A stretch of DNA of 64,000 nt. It comes from an uncultured Candidatus Saccharibacteria bacterium. GTDB taxonomy: Bacteria > Patescibacteriota > Saccharimonadia > CAILAD01 > GCA-016700035. The translations under genes were made by a program, and so were the position numbers. Shown here piece by piece: positions 37,311 to 46,852 of this stretch; within the stretch, counting starts at the first letter, position 1, and each line of letters begins with the position of its first letter. Location: positions 12,167-76,166 of the forward strand of contig CAZOVH010000003.1 in assembly GCA_964583675.1 (NCBI GenBank), written 5' to 3'. The notes beneath the pieces were generated by a model that ran no database searches, was not told the DNA's origin, and saw only the letters and a list, made by a program, of their open reading frames with translations.

Positions 37311-38381
37311 TTAGCGCGGAGTTTTTTCGTACTGTGTTGAAACTAGAACGTCTTTTAAGGTATCAATATCTTCGAGTACAGCGCCAGTTCCACGAGCAAC
37401 CGCCGTTAAAGGATCTTCCACAATTACAACTGGCATTTTTGTTTGCTGCGTTAAGAGCTCATCGAGACCACGCAGCAACGCTCCACCACCAGCAAGATGA
37501 ATCCCCCGATCCATAATGTCAGCAATCAATTCTGGCGGCGTTTCTTCGATAGTATCTTTTACTGCATTCACGATGGCCCGGACTGACTTCGAGAGTGCCG
37601 TACGGACTTGATCGGAGTTAATAATTACTTCCTTCGGTAGACCGGTCACAATATCGCGACCGCGGATTGGCGCCTCAAGAACCTGCTCCAACTCACAGGC
37701 CGAGCCAACTGAAAGCTTAATCGCTTCAGCCGTGCGCTCACCAACCTGTAGGTTAAACTCTTCTTTCGCAAAGGCGATAATATCTTCAGTAAGCTCGTCA
37801 CCAGCAATACGAATTGAACGCGAGGCCACAATCCCGCCCAGAGAGATAACCGCCACTTCGCTAGTACCACCACCGATATCAACAATCATTGAACCCGCAG
37901 CATCGTTAATCGGCAACTCTGCGCCGACTGCTGCTGCCATTGGCTCTTCAATGAGATAGGCTGAACGAGCGCCAGCATTTGTGGCTGCATCCTCTACAGC
38001 ACGCTTCTCTACTTCCGTTACGCCCGACGGAATACCAATCACTACACGGGGACGCGGGATCAGTGCAAAGTGTGCCTTATGCACTTTATCAATAAAATAT
38101 TTCAGCATCTGCTCAGTCACTTCAAAATCAGAAACCACACCGTCTACAAGCGGACGCGAAGCTACAATATTTGCTGGTGTCTTCCCAACCATGCGCTTCG
38201 CCTCATCACCAATGGCTAAAATCTGCCGGGTCTTGTTATTGATCGCCACCACACTTGGCTCGTCAATAATAATACCCTTGCCACGCAGGTACACCAAAGT
38301 ATTGGCCGTCCCCAAATCGATGCCAATATCGTGAGACAGCCGCCCGATAAATTCTGGTAGACGGACTCTTGGAAATTTCAT
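37311..38381 (-). CDS. mreB: Rod shape-determining protein MreB
   Basis: IGIDLGTANT, EEPMAAA, VDIGGGTSE, ETPPEL, AGGGALLRG. Confidence 0.98.
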   Translation of the reverse strand: MKFPRVRLPEFIGRLSHDIGIDLGTANTLVYLRGKGIIIDEPSVVAINNKTRQILAIGDEAKRMVGKTPANIVASRPLVDGVVSDFEVTEQMLKYFIDKVHKAHFALIPRPRVVIGIPSGVTEVEKRAVEDAATNAGARSAYLIEEPMAAAVGAELPINDAAGSMIVDIGGGTSEVAVISLGGIVASRSIRIAGDELTEDIIAFAKEEFNLQVGERTAEAIKLSVGSACELEQVLEAPIRGRDIVTGLPKEVIINSDQVRTALSKSVRAIVNAVKDTIEETPPELIADIMDRGIHLAGGGALLRGLDELLTQQTKMPVVIVEDPLTAVARGTGAVLEDIDTLKDVLVSTQYEKTPR

Positions 38382-38444
38382 TACCTCTAGTTTATCAGGA
38401 GTGACTACCTGGTACTAGGGCAATCCTGCACTAATCTATGCATA

Positions 38445-39185
38445 TTAGCTTTGACTCAAAAGCCAGAACGCAACCAAATTGTTTAAAAAGTGCACCAGCA
38501 TGCCTGGATAAATGCTACCCGATCGAACATAGAGCCAACTCAGCAGACAACCTAGAATGAACGTGTAAATACCTACGTTTACCTGGCCATGTAATACTGC
38601 AAACGCCAAAGAAGACACTACTGCCGCAAGCCACACCGGCCATCGCTTAGCAAGCCCCGCAAACAGCACTCCTCGAAACAGCAGCTCCTCAATGATCGGA
38701 GCAATCACTACGGCACTCACAGCAGCCAACCAATATCCCCAACCGCTGCGCCCAAACTCAAAAACAGCTTGCTGCTCCTCGGTGTCGACCGCCGGCAACA
38801 AAACACTCACCAAGGCAAATACACCAATAATTATAACTATCTGCGCAAAATACAGGCCAAAGGCTGCCAGGTACCAACTATCGCTCGCTCGTCTTAAACC
38901 AAGCCCTGCTTTGCCAGCATGACGCTTACGCACGAGCCACAGAAGCACACCAACCTCAATAATAAGTGTCAACGCGTACTGTAACGCCAATGCTATCGGT
39001 GTCTCGCCTAAAATACTTTGCGCCCAACCGGGCAATATGCCAAAACTCCCCCAAAACGAAATACTCAGGTACACCAACATTGGTAATAAAAGAGGAAGAA
39101 ACAGAGCAGCAGCCGCATCTTTAGGTCCGAACGGTACCGTTTTACGCCAAGCTGCGAGCCGAGACGATGCCATACGTAGCTGCAT
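38445..39185 (-). CDS. CPBP/Abi family intramembrane metalloprotease
   Basis: APIIEELLFRG, SSLAFAVLH, HFLNN. Confidence 0.92.
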   Translation of the reverse strand: MQLRMASSRLAAWRKTVPFGPKDAAAALFLPLLLPMLVYLSISFWGSFGILPGWAQSILGETPIALALQYALTLIIEVGVLLWLVRKRHAGKAGLGLRRASDSWYLAAFGLYFAQIVIIIGVFALVSVLLPAVDTEEQQAVFEFGRSGWGYWLAAVSAVVIAPIIEELLFRGVLFAGLAKRWPVWLAAVVSSLAFAVLHGQVNVGIYTFILGCLLSWLYVRSGSIYPGMLVHFLNNLVAFWLLSQS

Positions 39186-39194
39186 GATCGCCTT

Positions 39195-40274
39195 CTAGAA
39201 AAATCTCGTTACGTCAGAAATCGCAATAATAATACCGAAGGCAATAAGCGCCACGAAACCCGCTAGATGCACCCAACCCTCTTGCTTTTCACTAATCGGC
39301 AAACCAATTCGCCGCAGTACTAAGAGGAATAGGCGGCCCCCATCTAGAGCCGGCAGCGGCAAAGCGTTGATGACTGCCAGCGAAAGAGAAATAGAGGCAA
39401 TTAGCACCAAGACATAATCAAAACCAAATTTCATCACTTGCCCAAATACCGCCGTCACACCCACTGGGCCGGTGACTGTTTCGGCTACCGTAAAGCGCGA
39501 AACGAGCGTCCAAATCGCCCCCAAAAACGCCCCAACAGTTGCCACCAGCGACTGCCACATCAGCCCAATAGCCGCAAATGGCGCTGCATACCAAGTGTAT
39601 TTCTCCTTAGTTTGCGGCAGTGCCACGACACCTAACACACCTTTTTCTGGATCAGCCCCAAGAGTCACTTCGCGGGTTTTTTCTTCACCACCCTGAAGAA
39701 ATACTACTGTTGCCTTCTGGCCTTTAATTTCGCCTGTATAGCTTTTTAGCTCTGATTCGTTCGCAAACGTCTTCCCATTGAGCGACACTAAGGTATCGCC
39801 GGTACTTAACCCGGCGGCCTCGGCCGCAGACCCCTCACCAACCTGAAAAACCACCAGCTTCGGAGCTTCGGCTTGTATTGGCTGCACGAATCCAACACTC
39901 GGCATCTTAAACGGAAAAATTTGCGGAATCCCCGTGGCGGCCAACCACACAAAAATAATGTAGGCAATCAGAGCATTCATGGCGACACCAGCCATCAGGA
40001 CTTTAGTTTTTACCCAAAGCGACTTCGAGGCAAAACTCTTTGGTCCTTTGGATTCGTTATCTTCACCCTCAAGTCGGACAAACCCACCTAATGGTAAAAG
40101 GTTAATCGTATAAAGTGTGTCGCCCTTCTTTTTACCCCACAGCTTGGGCGGGAAACCAATGCCAAACTCATGCACGCGAATACCGTTACGACGCGCCACA
40201 ATAAAGTGACCCCACTCATGCGCGATAACCAACGCCGAGAAGATGACGAGCACAAGAATAATAATCAGTATCAT
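39195..40274 (-). CDS. rseP: M50 site-2 protease with PDZ (RseP-like)
   Basis: AHEWGH, LPLGGFV, PDZ domain, NALPLPALDGG. Confidence 0.92.
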   Translation of the reverse strand: MILIIILVLVIFSALVIAHEWGHFIVARRNGIRVHEFGIGFPPKLWGKKKGDTLYTINLLPLGGFVRLEGEDNESKGPKSFASKSLWVKTKVLMAGVAMNALIAYIIFVWLAATGIPQIFPFKMPSVGFVQPIQAEAPKLVVFQVGEGSAAEAAGLSTGDTLVSLNGKTFANESELKSYTGEIKGQKATVVFLQGGEEKTREVTLGADPEKGVLGVVALPQTKEKYTWYAAPFAAIGLMWQSLVATVGAFLGAIWTLVSRFTVAETVTGPVGVTAVFGQVMKFGFDYVLVLIASISLSLAVINALPLPALDGGRLFLLVLRRIGLPISEKQEGWVHLAGFVALIAFGIIIAISDVTRFF

Positions 40275-40323
40275 TACTCTCTAGTATAGACGATTTTTGC
40301 TGAGAATAGACTGTAGTTTTGCG

Positions 40324-40881
40324 CTAAACTGTGAGTACTTCTTGCTTTTTGGTTTCAAAAATCTGCTGAGCCTTGCCTTGATACTCGCGGGTCATCTCAT
40401 CGAGAGCTTTTTCGGTCTTAAAGTATTCATCTTCAGGCATTGAGCCTTCTTCTTTACCAGACTTAGCTTTTTTGAGCCCATCATGGCGCGCGTTACGAAG
40501 CGTTACATTCGCAGCTTCAAGCTTTTCAGACAGTCCTTTGACGAGCATCTGGCGACGTTCTTCAGTCATAGCAGGAATTTGCATACGCACCATATTGCCA
40601 TCGGTGGCAGGAGATAGGCCTAGTGAGGAATCATCACGAATCGCCTTCTCTACAGCAGTAACAAGCGCCTGGTCCCATACTTGCACCTGGAGCGTGCGAG
40701 CATCCGGTGTAGAAATAGTACCCACTTGCTTCATAGTCATTTCCTGCCCGTACGCATCTACTTTCACGCCTTCAATTAGGCTCGTGTTTGCACGACCAGC
40801 TTGCACGCCATCCAGCTCAGTCTGGAAATATTCCAAACCTCGCTTCATGGCATCTTCGGTATTCTTCAAAATTTCTTGCAT
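40324..40881 (-). CDS. frr: Ribosome recycling factor
   Basis: AGRANTS, VQVWD, IPAMTEERR, LRNARHD. Confidence 0.96.
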   Translation of the reverse strand: MQEILKNTEDAMKRGLEYFQTELDGVQAGRANTSLIEGVKVDAYGQEMTMKQVGTISTPDARTLQVQVWDQALVTAVEKAIRDDSSLGLSPATDGNMVRMQIPAMTEERRQMLVKGLSEKLEAANVTLRNARHDGLKKAKSGKEEGSMPEDEYFKTEKALDEMTREYQGKAQQIFETKKQEVLTV

Positions 40882-40912
40882 AGTTGTATTGTAGCCTAAA
40901 TGTACGTACTAC

Positions 40913-41503
40913 TTAAGCGCCAAGCTCTAAGCGTACAAAGCGGCGCACCACAATGTTTTCACCTAGCTTGCCAATCGCGGCCTTCACCAGATCTTCGATG
41001 GTCTGCTTGTCATCTTTGTAGTATGACTGCTCCAACAGACAGATTCCGGCCATCCACTTATCAACTTTGCCTTCCACGATTTTTGCAGCGTGTTCAGCTG
41101 GCTTACCAGATTCTTTCACCTCGTCTTCAAAAAACGACTTTTCTTTGGCAATTACGTCTTCCGGAACTTCGTCACGCTTTACGTATTGCGGGTTCATAGC
41201 GGCAATATGCAGGGAAAGTTCCTCGACCAGTTCCTGAAAATCATCAGTTTTTACCACAAAATCAGTTTCGCAGTTTACCTCTACCAACACACCAATACGG
41301 CCACCGTGCACGTAGCTACCAATCATACCGGCACCTGCTATGCGATCAGCCTTTTTATCGGCACTCGCCATACCTTTTACGCGGAGAATTTCCTGAGCTT
41401 TTTCAAGATCACCACCAGCTTCCTCTAAAGCTTCTTTGGCTTTCATCATGCCAGCACCAGTCATTTGGCGCAATTTTTGAATATCAGCTACTGAAATTGT
41501 CAT
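40913..41503 (-). CDS. tsf: Elongation factor Ts (short form)
   Basis: LRQMTGAGMM, VEVNCETDFV, LGENIVVRRF. Confidence 0.97.
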   Translation of the reverse strand: MTISVADIQKLRQMTGAGMMKAKEALEEAGGDLEKAQEILRVKGMASADKKADRIAGAGMIGSYVHGGRIGVLVEVNCETDFVVKTDDFQELVEELSLHIAAMNPQYVKRDEVPEDVIAKEKSFFEDEVKESGKPAEHAAKIVEGKVDKWMAGICLLEQSYYKDDKQTIEDLVKAAIGKLGENIVVRRFVRLELGA

Positions 41504-41506
41504 AGG

Positions 41507-42265
41507 TTATTTATCCTCCGTGTCTTGTGTGGTTTTTGCATCATACTCGGCCTTACCCTCTGCGGCAGCGCGGGCAATGCGTCCGGCCACAAGCTGAATT
41601 GAGCGAATAGCGTCATCATTTGCAGGAATAATGTAGTCAACCGATTCTGGGTTGGCATTCGTATCGGCCATCGCGATTACTGGAATCTTGAGGGTCTTTG
41701 CTTCTTTAATAGCAGTCTCTTCACGCATCACATCCACAACAAAGATAGCACCAGGAGTGCCTTCAAGCTCTTTTACGCCGAGGAATACCTTTGTGAGCTT
41801 CTCAATCTCGTTATCAATCAAGAGACGTTCTTTTTTGGTCATACGCTCAAGGCTACCGTCTTCACGCGCGGCTTCAAGTTTTTTCAGGTGACGAATTCGC
41901 TTCGAGATAGTTTCCCAGTTAGTCATCATTCCACCAAGCCAGCGGTGGGTAACGTAAGGCATTCCAGCACTTTTGGCGGCTTCAGTAACAATCACCTTAG
42001 CCTGACGCTTTGTTGCAACAAATAATACGGACTTACCCTGAGCAGTCAGTTGACGAACAAACTTCTCGGCTTCTTCTAGAAGATCTTCGGTTTGAATAAG
42101 GTCAATAATATGAACTCCACCCCGAGCACCATGAATATATTGAGCCATCTTTGGATGCCAACGCTCAGTGCGATGACCAAAGTGAGCACCAGACTGTAAA
42201 AGCTCTTTTACAGCGGCGGTTTTATCTGGTTTTGCTGCGGCTGCAGCAGTTTTCTTAGTAGGCAT
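41507..42265 (-). CDS. rpsB: 30S ribosomal protein S2
   Basis: GAHFGH, WHPKM, RWLGGMMTN, DTNANP, PANDDAIRS. Confidence 0.98.
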   Translation of the reverse strand: MPTKKTAAAAAKPDKTAAVKELLQSGAHFGHRTERWHPKMAQYIHGARGGVHIIDLIQTEDLLEEAEKFVRQLTAQGKSVLFVATKRQAKVIVTEAAKSAGMPYVTHRWLGGMMTNWETISKRIRHLKKLEAAREDGSLERMTKKERLLIDNEIEKLTKVFLGVKELEGTPGAIFVVDVMREETAIKEAKTLKIPVIAMADTNANPESVDYIIPANDDAIRSIQLVAGRIARAAAEGKAEYDAKTTQDTEDK

Positions 42266-42400
42266 ACTTCCTTCTTTCGTAGGCAGCTTCGTCCCGAGCG
42301 GGAGGAAGATGAATGACTTTAAAATAAGCTCATTCGTGAAGCTGCTGTAACATTAATAACTTAGCCCGCTTACTTTACCCGATTTCCAGATAAGAGTCAA
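42266..42400 (-). promoter_or_regulatory. rpsB promoter and structured 5' leader (probable S2 autoregulatory RNA)
   Basis: TTGACT-17-TAAAGT; stem GCAGCTTC/GAAGCTGC enclosing GAATGA/TCATTC and TCCCG/CGGGA hairpins. Confidence 0.65.
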
Positions 42401-42401
42401 G

Positions 42402-42845
42402 TTAGCGTAAGAGGTCCTCTTGCTGTTGTGGGGTGAGGCTGTCCTGAGGCTGCAATGCGTCAGAGGCCGAATTATCAGATCCATTCACTCCGGCACCATT
42501 TTGTACTGGCGCTCCACCAGATTGAAGTTGTTCTGGATTCGCCGAACCTTCCAGTGGAATTGCAGATGTTGGCCGCGGTGTCTCACTAGGAGCAGCTGGG
42601 GCACTCAAGGTACTCCAGATAGCGATTATCGCCGCAACTATCACGACTCCACCTAAAGCAATAAGGATAATTATTCGAAAATCTGTCCGTTTTTCAGGTT
42701 GCGAGAGCGTTTCTGTAGGTGCAAATACGTCAGCTTCAACCGCTTCAACTACCTGCTCATCCGTTCCTGCAGCAACCACAAGCTTTTTTTGCTGTCGCTT
42801 CTGGGCTTTTTTCTGAGAATTACGCCGTTTTTTCGCTTTCGCCAT
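42402..42845 (-). CDS. Hypothetical single-TM protein with basic N-terminus
   Basis: Lys/Arg-rich start, TM IIILIALGGVVIVAAIIAIW, disordered tail. Confidence 0.7.
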   Translation of the reverse strand: MAKAKKRRNSQKKAQKRQQKKLVVAAGTDEQVVEAVEADVFAPTETLSQPEKRTDFRIIILIALGGVVIVAAIIAIWSTLSAPAAPSETPRPTSAIPLEGSANPEQLQSGGAPVQNGAGVNGSDNSASDALQPQDSLTPQQQEDLLR

Positions 42846-42910
42846 CTGTAAAACCACCTTCTCTATCTGTTACTTCTTCTAGTATACCTAAAAAAGTCAC
42901 AAAAAAAGCC

Positions 42911-43107
42911 TTGACAAACCGCTTGTGATTTAGTATCATAGGCGACGTTCCTAGAACAACGCGACTCACCCACTCGGTAGAGTCGTATTTAGTTCCAGGA
43001 GGCTTGACGCCCCTAAAACGTACGATGTTGTCCCGTTCGACACCATACGTACAGGTGTGAAGCGGAGGGTGGAGAGGAGTAGTTCTTCTCGGGTTTCCGA
43101 GAGGCCT
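42911..43107 (+). promoter_or_regulatory. Promoter plus ~160-nt structured leader of the Rpf-like gene
   Basis: TTGACA-17-TATCAT; three hairpin elements, the last covering the SD-like GAGAGG. Confidence 0.6.
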
Positions 43108-43665
43108 ATGAGTATCTACACACATATTATGACGTCTATCGTCTTAGTATTCGCTCAGGTGGCATCATATGCAGTGCAACTTCCCGCCACCGCCCAGCTC
43201 ACGCAAACCGCGCAAGCTGGCAGCACAAGCACCCACACAATCCAACTCACCACTAACACGTATCAGCCCCTCGTGGTTGCCTCGGTTACACCAAGCTTCG
43301 ATGAAGCGGTTGTAAGCCCGTTGCGTGCCGCTCAGGCAGCTGAAGAAGCGAGTCAGAAGGCTGCACAGAAGGCTAAAACGGTAGTCCGTAAGGTTACCCA
43401 AAAAGCCGCTCCACTGGTTATCGGTGGATCTGATGCCTTCGCTCAGCTCCGCTTCTGTGAAGCCGGTGGTGATTACACCAAAAACACTGGTAACGGTTAC
43501 TACGGTGCCTACCAGTACAACATTGGTACTTGGGCAAACTTTGGTGGTTTCGCGCGGCCTGACCTCGCTCCACCAGAAGTTCAAGATGCCAAGGCTCGTG
43601 AAACTCAAGCCCGTCGTGGTTGGAGTCCATGGCCATCATGTGCCCGTAAGCTTGGCTTGATGTAA
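43108..43665 (+). CDS. Resuscitation-promoting factor (Rpf)-type lytic transglycosylase
   Basis: LRFCEAGG...NTGNGYYGAYQY...TW...PDLA...Q...GWSPWPSC; N-terminal hydrophobic signal. Confidence 0.92.
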   Translation: MSIYTHIMTSIVLVFAQVASYAVQLPATAQLTQTAQAGSTSTHTIQLTTNTYQPLVVASVTPSFDEAVVSPLRAAQAAEEASQKAAQKAKTVVRKVTQKAAPLVIGGSDAFAQLRFCEAGGDYTKNTGNGYYGAYQYNIGTWANFGGFARPDLAPPEVQDAKARETQARRGWSPWPSCARKLGLM

Positions 43666-43691
43666 ATCAGCTTTGCCAAAAGGCCAAAAGC

Positions 43692-43721
43692 AAAACCCCC
43701 GTTCGTAAGAGCGGGGGTTTG
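43692..43721. terminator. Bidirectional terminator
   Basis: AAAACCCCCGTTC-GTAA-GAGCGGGGGTTTG. Confidence 0.82.
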
Positions 43722-43725
43722 TGGT

Positions 43726-44169
43726 TTAGGCCTCAATCTCGATGTCTTTTTCATGCAGTAATGTTGGTAACAGACCAATTGCCTGTTCATGTGTAAGCGT
43801 ATGGCCCGCCAATAGCTCCAAGCCCGCTACCACACCAATTTTCGTGCCATCAAGGACTAATTTCTTCACGCCTGTCCGGCAATCGGTAAAGTTCACTTCT
43901 TGCCACTCGCAGTTAAGAAACTGACAGGAAAGAAACTCTGAGCCACTAAAATCTACCTTATCTAAGATACAATTCTTAAAAATGACATGACGAAATTTGC
44001 TAGCTCGCCAATTTACAGCTGAAAATTTGCAATCTATATATTCCGAATCGGTCACATGCGTTTCGTACATCTGCACGGCGGCATACCTACAATCGACGAT
44101 TTTTTGCTGGATCCAGCCAGTTCGTACAAATTTTTCATCAATAAACTGCTTACCACGGGTAGTCTTCAT
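43726..44169 (-). CDS. Pentapeptide repeat protein
   Basis: Repeats such as DCKFS-AVNWR-ASKFR-HVIFK-NCILD-KVDFS-GSEFL-SCQFL; start 44169 or 44175. Confidence 0.85.
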   Translation of the reverse strand: MKTTRGKQFIDEKFVRTGWIQQKIVDCRYAAVQMYETHVTDSEYIDCKFSAVNWRASKFRHVIFKNCILDKVDFSGSEFLSCQFLNCEWQEVNFTDCRTGVKKLVLDGTKIGVVAGLELLAGHTLTHEQAIGLLPTLLHEKDIEIEA

Positions 44170-44248
44170 ATTCATATCTTACTCCAAAGCCCATGATAAG
44201 AAACAAATTCTTGACCCAAGTCGTCAAACCTGGTAAGATACTGGGGTT

Positions 44249-44611
44249 ATGAAAGCCAATATCCATCCAGATTGGGTCGAAACCAAGGTCACTTGCCTCG
44301 GTTGCGACACTACTTTTACCAGCCACTCTACCGTGCCAGAAATCACCGTAGAAATTTGCTCAAACTGCCACCCGTTTTATACCGGTAAGCAGAAGCTTGT
44401 GGACACTGCTGGACGTGTTGATCGCTTCGAAGCATTACGCAAGAAGAGCGGTGAATTGAAGCAGACTGCAAAACCAAAGAAGACCACTAAAAAGGTCGAG
44501 AAGGTTGCGGAAGCCCCTAAGGACGCAAAAGCTGCCTTAAAAGAAATCAAGGCTGAACTTAAAGACCATACGGTAGACGCCAAACCAGAAGCTAAAACCG
44601 AAAGCGAATAA
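44249..44611 (+). CDS. rpmE: 50S ribosomal protein L31 (Zn-binding type, C-terminal extension)
   Basis: [31 protein letters not shown]; promoter TTGACC-17-TAAGAT. Confidence 0.97.
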   Translation: MKANIHPDWVETKVTCLGCDTTFTSHSTVPEITVEICSNCHPFYTGKQKLVDTAGRVDRFEALRKKSGELKQTAKPKKTTKKVEKVAEAPKDAKAALKEIKAELKDHTVDAKPEAKTESE

Positions 44612-44627
44612 CTCGCTCTAGCACCAT

Positions 44628-44656
44628 GAAAGACGCCCTATAGCTGGGCGTCTTTC
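44628..44656 (+). terminator. rpmE terminator
   Basis: GAAAGACGCCC-TATAGCT-GGGCGTCTTTC. Confidence 0.75.
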
Positions 44657-44687
44657 TGCTGTAAAATAGGAAATAGTTGTAAAAACC

Positions 44688-45749
44688 ATGATTGATCAAG
44701 CCTCCATCGATAAACTCACCGCTCGCCTCGCCGAACTCGAAGCTGAATTGGCGCGCCCAGAAATCTACGCCAGTCCAAAAGCGGCGGGCCTGGTACACGA
44801 ACAGCGCGATCTGCAGACTCGCCTGGAACTCTTTCAGGATGTGCAAAAAACCGAGACCGACCTAGAAGACGCTAAGGCCCTCGCAAATGATCCTGAAATG
44901 GGTGAATTGGCTCGCGCTGAGATTCCTGAGCTTGAAGCCAAACTTGAAGGCTTACAAGATAAAGTTCGTGCCGCCTTGGTTCCGATTGATCCCAATGATA
45001 ATAAAACTGCCATCATTGAAATTCGCGCTGGTGCCGGTGGTGACGAAAGTTCGCTATTTGCTGGCGAGCTAGCCCGCATGTATGCCCGCTTTGCAGAAGC
45101 CCACGGCCTAAAACTCACAATGCTCTCAGAAAGCCCTAACGAAGTTGGTGGGTATAAGGAAGTAATCATTGAAGCGTCCGGGCCAGAAGCTTATGGTCAG
45201 CTCAAATACGAATCTGGCGTACACCGCGTGCAGCGCGTGCCCGCTACCGAAAGCCAAGGTCGCACCCACACCTCAACCGTAACTGTAGCTGTTTTGCCAG
45301 AAGCCGAAGAAACCGAGCTGGAAATTGCCGACAACGAAGTCCGCATCGATGTTTATCGCTCATCTGGTAACGGCGGCCAAAGCGTAAACACTACCGACTC
45401 AGCGGTGCGCCTTACTCACTTACCAACCGGCATTGTGGTTACCTGTCAGGACGAGAAGAGTCAGATAAAAAACCGCGCCAAAGCTATGAACGTGTTGCGT
45501 TCGCGACTCTTAGCACTGGAAGAAGAAAAACGACGTAAAGAACTAGGTGATGCTCGCCTCTCGCAAATTGGCACCGGTGATCGCTCCGAAAAAATCCGCA
45601 CGTATAACTTTCCGCAGGATCGTATCACTGATCACCGCATTGGCTTTACAACCCATGGACTTGCCCGGTTTATGGATGGCGCGCTCGATGAGCACCACGA
45701 AGCCCTCAAGCAAGCCGACATCGATCACGCCCTCGCCGAACAATCATGA
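44688..45749 (+). CDS. prfA: Peptide chain release factor 1
   Basis: [20 protein letters not shown] (PxT), [13 protein letters not shown]. Confidence 0.98.
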   Translation: MIDQASIDKLTARLAELEAELARPEIYASPKAAGLVHEQRDLQTRLELFQDVQKTETDLEDAKALANDPEMGELARAEIPELEAKLEGLQDKVRAALVPIDPNDNKTAIIEIRAGAGGDESSLFAGELARMYARFAEAHGLKLTMLSESPNEVGGYKEVIIEASGPEAYGQLKYESGVHRVQRVPATESQGRTHTSTVTVAVLPEAEETELEIADNEVRIDVYRSSGNGGQSVNTTDSAVRLTHLPTGIVVTCQDEKSQIKNRAKAMNVLRSRLLALEEEKRRKELGDARLSQIGTGDRSEKIRTYNFPQDRITDHRIGFTTHGLARFMDGALDEHHEALKQADIDHALAEQS

Positions 45750-46558
45750 TTATTCGAGTTTTTCTCAAGACCGCCATTGCTACGCTCAAGACCGCCGAAA
45801 TTGAGGGCGCCCAAACGGATGCCGAGATTATCCTGGCTTATGTACTGGGTAGAGACCGAGCCTGGCTCTTGGCGCACGACGATGCCGAACTGGATAGCGA
45901 GCAAGTGAAAGCTGCAAACACACTGCTGGAACGCCGCGCTAAGCGTATTCCGATGAGCTACGTTTTAGGCGTGCGTGAGTTTGCCGGACTAGAGTTTAAG
46001 ATAGACGACCGAGCACTAACGCCACGCGTGGAGACAGAAACTATCGTCGCGGAAGTTACCAGGCGTGCGCCACAAGGAGTGCGTGTGCTAGATATCGGCA
46101 CTGGTTCTGGGGCAATGGCGATTGCGCTCAAACATTTACGGCCAGACCTGCATGTTATGGCCAGCGAAGTAAGCTCCGATGCGCTCGAATTAGCCTGCGA
46201 GAATGCTCAAAACTTACTCAAATCAGACAAAGACATAGGGTTCGTTTTATCGGACCTATTCGAAAATATCGATGGCACGTTCGATGTGATTGTCGCGAAT
46301 TTGCCGTATGTGACCCGCGAGATGGAGCTGATGCCTGAAGTGCAAAACGAACCGGACGTGGCACTATTTGGCGGTGCGGTCGATGGGCTTGATTTGTATC
46401 GAAAGTTTTTTACTCAATTACCAAACCACATCAACGACGCGTCCCAAGTTTGGACCGAATCTGACCCTTGGCAGCAAGACGACCTCATTAAGCTCGCGGA
46501 GGAATCCGGGCTGCGCAAGATCTATCAAGACTATTTTATCCTTGGCTTCGAGAGATAA
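45746..46558 (+). CDS. prmC: Release factor glutamine methyltransferase
   Basis: [19 protein letters not shown]; overlaps the prfA stop. Confidence 0.94.
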   Translation: MIIRVFLKTAIATLKTAEIEGAQTDAEIILAYVLGRDRAWLLAHDDAELDSEQVKAANTLLERRAKRIPMSYVLGVREFAGLEFKIDDRALTPRVETETIVAEVTRRAPQGVRVLDIGTGSGAMAIALKHLRPDLHVMASEVSSDALELACENAQNLLKSDKDIGFVLSDLFENIDGTFDVIVANLPYVTREMELMPEVQNEPDVALFGGAVDGLDLYRKFFTQLPNHINDASQVWTESDPWQQDDLIKLAEESGLRKIYQDYFILGFER

Positions 46559-46605
46559 TCACCATAAGCATTGACTTTTCTAGATATTTATGCTATTATA
46601 GCTAG

Positions 46606-46841
46606 CATAATCTTTCGTTAGATTAGCACCTTCTAAACACCTCTTTATCTCTTCCCTCTTGATAGCTCACAAAGAAATCAGGCTCGAGACAACCGTAAGT
46701 ATTCCGTTTAGTTGCGCTTACTGTTTGGATCCCGATTTTGAATATGGATTGAGGAAAGGACATCGCGGTACAACTGCCACATAAATCGCAAAAACACCCA
46801 TCTAGTGCCCTGGCTTGCCAGAGAGTTCGACGGGTGTTTTG
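46606..46841 (+). ncRNA. Candidate independently transcribed ncRNA, 6S RNA-like
   Basis: TTGACT-17-TATTAT promoter at 46571-46599; long irregular hairpin with a central bubble; terminal AAAACACCC/GGGTGTTTT stem; no ATG ORF of useful length. Confidence 0.45.
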
Positions 46842-46852
46842 TTTAGATAATT

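Noticed and set aside
46751-46760. GAGGAAAG resembling the RNase P RNA 5' motif
   Set aside because: It lacks the following TCC and the 3' conserved CGGCTTA region, and the unit is too short.
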